Assembly (NCBI GenBank): GCA_038217285.1
Contig: JBBQPO010000095.1
Coordinates: forward strand, 1 to 19,500
Direction of reading: 5' to 3'
From: Chthonomonadales bacterium
GTDB taxonomy: Bacteria; Armatimonadota; Chthonomonadetes; Chthonomonadales; Chthonomonadaceae
DNA: 19,500 bases
Positions within the stretch are counted from its first letter, which is position 1; every line of letters begins with the position of its first letter. This document shows, piece after piece, positions 15,124 through 19,500 of this stretch. The notes below the pieces were generated by a model. It ran no database searches and had not been told where the DNA came from. It saw only the letters and a program-made list of their open reading frames with translations. A program made the position numbers and the translations under genes.

Positions 15124-15657
15124 CTATTTCTCGTTGAGAAGCCTGATGATCGTCTCTTCGAGTTCCAGATGCGGATCCACACTATTGATATGATCGCGGA
15201 TTTTGCCGTTCTTATCGATCACATAGAGCTGAGACTTCGTCTTGAACTTGTACTTGGAGCGCAGATCGAAGATATCATCGCCAAAACAGGTGGGATAGGT
15301 GATGCCGAGATCGCGCAGAAACTTCGGGACTTGACCGCGTGTGTCGGCATGGTCGAGTGAGACGCCGACAACGACCAGTCCCTTCTCGTTGTACTTCTCG
15401 TAAAACCCTTCCAGTTGCTGCATATTCTGGCGGCAGGGCAAATACCAGGTGGCCCAGAAGTCGAGTAGCACGACGCGTCCCCGCAGAGAACTCAACTGCA
15501 CAGGCGGCTTCCCCGCGTGAATCGGCAAGGCCAGATCGTTGGCCTGCCCGTAGCCCGCTTCAGCCGTTGTAAAAAAGGTGGACCAGATGACGGCGGCTGC
15601 CGCAACCAACACGAGTAGCCCAAAAAAGATCTTCAGCGGTCTGCTCATTCCACGCAT
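15124..15657 (-). CDS. TlpA/ResA-like membrane-anchored redoxin with a degenerate active site (WYLPC)
   Basis: N-terminal TM helix; motifs 'LSSLRGRVVLLDFWATWYLPC', 'GLVVVGVSLD', 'YVIDKNGKIR'. The AAGGA RBS supports the start at 15657, and a TATAAT lies on the minus strand at 15721-15726. Confidence 0.88.
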   Translation of the reverse strand: MRGMSRPLKIFFGLLVLVAAAAVIWSTFFTTAEAGYGQANDLALPIHAGKPPVQLSSLRGRVVLLDFWATWYLPCRQNMQQLEGFYEKYNEKGLVVVGVSLDHADTRGQVPKFLRDLGITYPTCFGDDIFDLRSKYKFKTKSQLYVIDKNGKIRDHINSVDPHLELEETIIRLLNEK

Positions 15658-15851
15658 AGTTGTCCTTGTGTTCTCCGGTTTCGACGCTGCCGAGAACCGA
15701 TCTCTTGCAAATCTATAAGGATTATACTGGAAAATCGGGGATTCCATGACCTTCCGGTCAGTGAAGGCATCGGGCCGCCTCTATCGGGTACATTATAGCG
15801 GCAGGCACGAAACAGAGGCGGTTTCGGTCACGGAGACCACGGGAGACAGAG

Positions 15852-16970
15852 ATGCGTATCGCGGTTTTGTTGGCGCTCTGCATGGTGGGCAGCATAGGGA
15901 GCGTGAAAGGGTACGGAAGCGCTATGGAGACGCGGCACGAGGGGCATCGGGGGAAGGCTTTCGTGGCGATCACCGACTTCTCGAAGTTTGAACACGAGGA
16001 GACCGCCGACGTGGGAGAGACGGCGCTGACATCGCCGGAACTGCCGCTGGGCCTGGCCGCGAATGAGATCATCGTTTCGTGGAATGCGGACGCGCCCGAA
16101 GGAACCGGCGTCAAGGTCGAAGCAAAAGCGCTGTATGCGGACCACGCGTCAAAATGGTATATGCTGGCCCTCTGGTCGAAGGATGGCAAGGCGTTTCCGC
16201 GCGAGAGCGTCGTCGGACAGAAAGATGCAGATGGCGATGTCCACACCGATACGCTGGAGTTGACGAAGCCATCCAACCGCCTGCAACTGCGCATCACGTT
16301 GAATCGTTCGGCAGAGGGCAAGAACCCCGCGCTGAAATTTCTCGGCATCTCGGCGACGGATACACACACCGTGCCTGCGCCGCTGGAGACGAACCGCGCC
16401 GTCTGGGGCAAAGAGATCGTGGTTCCCGGACGCACCCAGTTGGGCTGGCCCAACGCCGCCGGCTGGTGCAGTCCGACCAGTACCGACATGGTGCTGGCGT
16501 TCTGGGCCGAGAAGAAACACCGGCCAGAACTGGATATTCCGGTGCCCGACGCAGCCCAGGCGATCTACGACAGGGTCTACGACGGCACGGGCAACTGGCC
16601 TTTCAATACGGCTTATGCAGGCTCCTTCCCCGGCGTCCGCGCCTATGTCAGCCGCTTCTCGGATATTCGGGAACTGGAGGAGTGGATAGCCGTGGGCCTG
16701 CCGCCGGTCGTCTCCGTCTCCTACGACCTGCTCAAAGGCAAAGAGAAGGACAACGATCCGGGCCACCTCATGGTCTGCGACGGCTTCACGGCGACGGGCG
16801 ACATCGTCCTGAACGATCCGGCGCACCATCCCGAACGCGGAGAGGCCTGTCGGCGGGTCTTTCCCCGCGCCAACTTCCTCAAAGCCTGGGCTCGAAGCCG
16901 CAACACCGTCTACCTCATCTATCCCGAAGGCACGAAACGCCCCGCCAATCGCTACGGCCACTGGGAATGA
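15852..16970 (+). CDS. Exported C39-like cysteine peptidase family protein
   Basis: WCSPTST.MVL, YDGTGNWPFNTAYA and GHLMV..GF...GD...NDP motifs (Cys-His-Asp); signal peptide; GGAG RBS. Confidence 0.9.
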   Translation: MRIAVLLALCMVGSIGSVKGYGSAMETRHEGHRGKAFVAITDFSKFEHEETADVGETALTSPELPLGLAANEIIVSWNADAPEGTGVKVEAKALYADHASKWYMLALWSKDGKAFPRESVVGQKDADGDVHTDTLELTKPSNRLQLRITLNRSAEGKNPALKFLGISATDTHTVPAPLETNRAVWGKEIVVPGRTQLGWPNAAGWCSPTSTDMVLAFWAEKKHRPELDIPVPDAAQAIYDRVYDGTGNWPFNTAYAGSFPGVRAYVSRFSDIRELEEWIAVGLPPVVSVSYDLLKGKEKDNDPGHLMVCDGFTATGDIVLNDPAHHPERGEACRRVFPRANFLKAWARSRNTVYLIYPEGTKRPANRYGHWE

Positions 16971-16977
16971 CGCACGT

Positions 16978-18330
16978 TCAGGGAATATGAGTTAGAATGA
17001 GCGAGCCGACGCGCTGGCTGGCCTCTTCTGACGGAATGATCTGGAAGGCGTTGCGCAGAGTTTCCGTGAAGGTTTCGGTTTTGGAGGCGTCTGCGGTGCG
17101 GAGGTGGAGGGTGGCGATAGGGTCGCCCTTCTGTATCGTGGCTCCTGTCTTACAGGCCAGGACGATGCCGACCGAGGGGTCGATGCTGTCCTGTCGGGCG
17201 GCACGACCCGCGCCTAACTGCATGGCGAGCCGGCCTACCTGTTCGGCGTCTATCGAATCGACCCTGCCGCTCTCGGCGGCTGTCACGACATACTGCACGG
17301 GCGCGACGGGAAGCGCGGCGTCTATCTCGTCCAGCGTTTTGGGCCCACCCTGTGCCGCAACGATCTCGGCGAACTTCGCGCCTGCCGCGCCGGAAGAGAG
17401 GAGTTTGACCGCCTCTTTCTTGGCCTCGACGTTAGTGCGCGCCTTGCCTGCCGCCATCAACCCGACCGCCGCCAGCTCCAGGCAGAGATCCACGAACGGA
17501 ATCTCGTCCGGCAACAGGCTATCCCGTTTGCCCGGACGGCCGAACTGAAGGAACGACACGACCTCCCGTACTTCCAGCGCATTGCCCACCGCCAGACCGA
17601 GCGGTTCATCCATCCGCGAAAGGATCGCCACTGTCGGAACCCCGGCTCCGATCCCGACGCCGACCAGGATCTTCGCCAACAGCTCCGCCTGCTCCCGCGT
17701 TTTCATGAAGGCGCCCCGCCCTACTTTCACGTCCAGCACGATGCGCTCCGCGCCTGCCGCGAGTTTTTTGCTCATGATGCTGCTCGCGATCAGCGGTATC
17801 GACTCTATCGTCGCGGTCACGTCGCGCAGGCTGTAGAGCACCTTGTCTGCGGGGGCCAGGTTGCCCGTCTGCGCCAGCAGGGCCGCTCCGACCTGCCGTA
17901 CCTGTGTCTTCGCCTGCTCGATCGTCAGATCGACGCGAAGGCCGGGGATCGACTCCAGCTTATCGACGGTGCCGCCGGAGAATCCCAGGCCCCGTCCGCT
18001 CATCTTCAGGACTGGAATCCCCGCCGCCGCGAGGATCGGCACGACCAGCAGGGTCGTCTTGTCTCCCACCCCGCCTGTGCTGTGTTTGTCCACGGTAGGA
18101 CGCCCCGGCAGATCGGAGAGATCGATCTGTTCCCCCGAGTCGCGCATCGCCAGCGTCAGGTCGAGCATTTCGCGCCCGCTCATGCCGCGCAGGTAGACCG
18201 CCATCAGCCACGCACTGGCCTGATAGTCCGGAATCGTACCGTCGGTGACCCCCTGGATGAAGAAGCGGATCTCGTCCCCGCTCAATTCGCCGCCGTCTCG
18301 TTTCCTGGCAATGATATCGTAAACGTTCAT
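16978..18330 (-). CDS. pdp: Pyrimidine-nucleoside (thymidine) phosphorylase
   Basis: DKHSTGGVGDK, KMSGRGLG..GGTVDKLESIPG, LIASSIMSKKLAAG and LDVKVG.GAFMK motifs. The start MNVYDII matches the family N-terminus. Confidence 0.96.
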   Translation of the reverse strand: MNVYDIIARKRDGGELSGDEIRFFIQGVTDGTIPDYQASAWLMAVYLRGMSGREMLDLTLAMRDSGEQIDLSDLPGRPTVDKHSTGGVGDKTTLLVVPILAAAGIPVLKMSGRGLGFSGGTVDKLESIPGLRVDLTIEQAKTQVRQVGAALLAQTGNLAPADKVLYSLRDVTATIESIPLIASSIMSKKLAAGAERIVLDVKVGRGAFMKTREQAELLAKILVGVGIGAGVPTVAILSRMDEPLGLAVGNALEVREVVSFLQFGRPGKRDSLLPDEIPFVDLCLELAAVGLMAAGKARTNVEAKKEAVKLLSSGAAGAKFAEIVAAQGGPKTLDEIDAALPVAPVQYVVTAAESGRVDSIDAEQVGRLAMQLGAGRAARQDSIDPSVGIVLACKTGATIQKGDPIATLHLRTADASKTETFTETLRNAFQIIPSEEASQRVGSLILTHIP

Positions 18331-18419
18331 GGTTCCACTCAGTTCCGGGCAAGAAGCGGTCGAGGTTTCCTCCCGACCGCCCGCAAACACGTTGTCTCTT
18401 GCCTCTGTTATAGTGACGC

Positions 18420-19355
18420 TTACAGGCGGGACTGGAAGTAGCTGATAGTCTTTTGAAGCCCCTCTTCAAGACCGATTTTTGGCTCCCAGCCGAGCAGCGT
18501 CTTCGCCTTGGTGATGTCGGGCTTCCGCTGCTTCGGGTCGTCCGGGGTGAGGAGCGGCAGGAAGACGATCTCGCTCGGGCTGTTGATCAGGGCCTTGATC
18601 TGCTGCGCGAACTCCAGCATGGTGCGCTCGGTCGGGTTGCCGATATTGATCGGCCCCGTCTGGTCGGAAGTCACGAAGCGATAGAAGCCGTCGATCAGGT
18701 CGGTGCAGTAGCAGAAGGAGCGGGTCTGGCTGCCGTCGCCATAGACGGTGATCGGCTCGCCGCGCAGCGCCTGCCCGATGAAGTTGGGCACGACACGCCC
18801 GTCGCTAAGGCGCATGCGGGGCCCGTAGGTGTTGAAGATCCGCACGATCTTGATGTCCAGGCCGTGACTGCGGTGATAGGCCATGGTGATACTCTCGGCG
18901 AAGCGCTTGGCCTCGTCGTAGACGCCGCGCACCCCGATGGGGTTGACATTGCCCAGATACTCTTCGGGCTGCGGGTGCACCAGGGGGTCGCCGTAGACTT
19001 CCGACGTCGAGGCCAGAAAAAACCGGGCGCCTTTCGCCCGTGCAAGGCCGAGGGCTTTATGAGTGCCGATCGCATTGACTTTGGAGATCTGGATCGCTTT
19101 TGTGGTGAAGTCCGCCGGGCTGGCAGGCGACGCCAGATGAAAGACCATATCCACCGGGCCATCGAGATAGAGATACTCCGTTACATCATAATGGATGAAT
19201 CGGAATTTGGGATTGTCGATAAGATGGGCGATGTTGTCGGTGCTGCCGGTGATGAGGTTGTCGAATACGACCACCTCGAACCCTTCGGCGAGCAGACGAT
19301 CGCACAGATGCGACCCCAGAAATCCGGCCCCACCCGTTACGAGAGCGCGTGGCAT
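18420..19355 (-). CDS. UDP-glucuronic acid decarboxylase (UDP-xylose synthase) family extended SDR
   Basis: [45 protein letters not shown] and [10 protein letters not shown] motifs. The GAGGAG RBS supports the start at 19355. Confidence 0.95.
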   Translation of the reverse strand: MPRALVTGGAGFLGSHLCDRLLAEGFEVVVFDNLITGSTDNIAHLIDNPKFRFIHYDVTEYLYLDGPVDMVFHLASPASPADFTTKAIQISKVNAIGTHKALGLARAKGARFFLASTSEVYGDPLVHPQPEEYLGNVNPIGVRGVYDEAKRFAESITMAYHRSHGLDIKIVRIFNTYGPRMRLSDGRVVPNFIGQALRGEPITVYGDGSQTRSFCYCTDLIDGFYRFVTSDQTGPINIGNPTERTMLEFAQQIKALINSPSEIVFLPLLTPDDPKQRKPDITKAKTLLGWEPKIGLEEGLQKTISYFQSRL

Positions 19356-19500
19356 AAATAGAGTTCTCCTCTTTGTACGAGATCGCAGCAGTTGAATGTG
19401 TGTTGGAGGGCTTCGCATCCGAAAGGACGAAATCCTCTGCGCGGAAGAAATTCTTCGCGCGGAAGCGAAGAATTTGGGGTGCCTGAAGGGCTTCCTTGTC

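Noticed and set aside
15442-15444. Possible selenocysteine at the TlpA active site
   Set aside because: The codon is TAT (Tyr), not TGA.
14014-19361. Long overlapping ORFs (14014-15120, 14217-15047, 16079-16990, 16149-16961, 18453-19361)
   Set aside because: Alternate-frame or antisense shadows of the M56, C39 and decarboxylase genes.
1-19500. CRISPR array, tRNA or rRNA genes
   Set aside because: No regularly spaced repeat-spacer array or recognisable tRNA/rRNA sequence was seen.

Overview
GC-rich bacterial window. The PEP-CTERM tails of the form PEPGTWAMLFGMGVSG...RRR suggest Armatimonadota; this is an inference. From left to right: (1) the 5' end of a probable IS630-family transposase at the window edge; (2) two tandem minus-strand PEP-CTERM surface-protein genes, with two sigma-54-type promoters and a duplicated 131-nt non-coding leader (148-278 and 1388-1518) whose four hairpins are conserved; (3) a divergent four-gene Planctomycete-type cassette (DUF1549/DUF1553, Tat-type DUF1501, WD40, PPC-domain protein) in which the PPC protein carries an inserted c-type cytochrome domain; (4) an SDR oxidoreductase, an exported thioredoxin, and a BlaI/BlaR1(M56) pair with a non-penicillin-binding HEAT-repeat sensor and a tandem operator; (5) a TlpA-like redoxin lacking its first Cys and cis-Pro, a C39-like peptidase, pyrimidine-nucleoside phosphorylase and UDP-glucuronate decarboxylase. 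The best candidates for undescribed biology are the conserved structured leader of the PEP-CTERM genes and the heme-bearing DUF1549/DUF1501 cassette. All family assignments come from motif recognition by eye; no searches were run.
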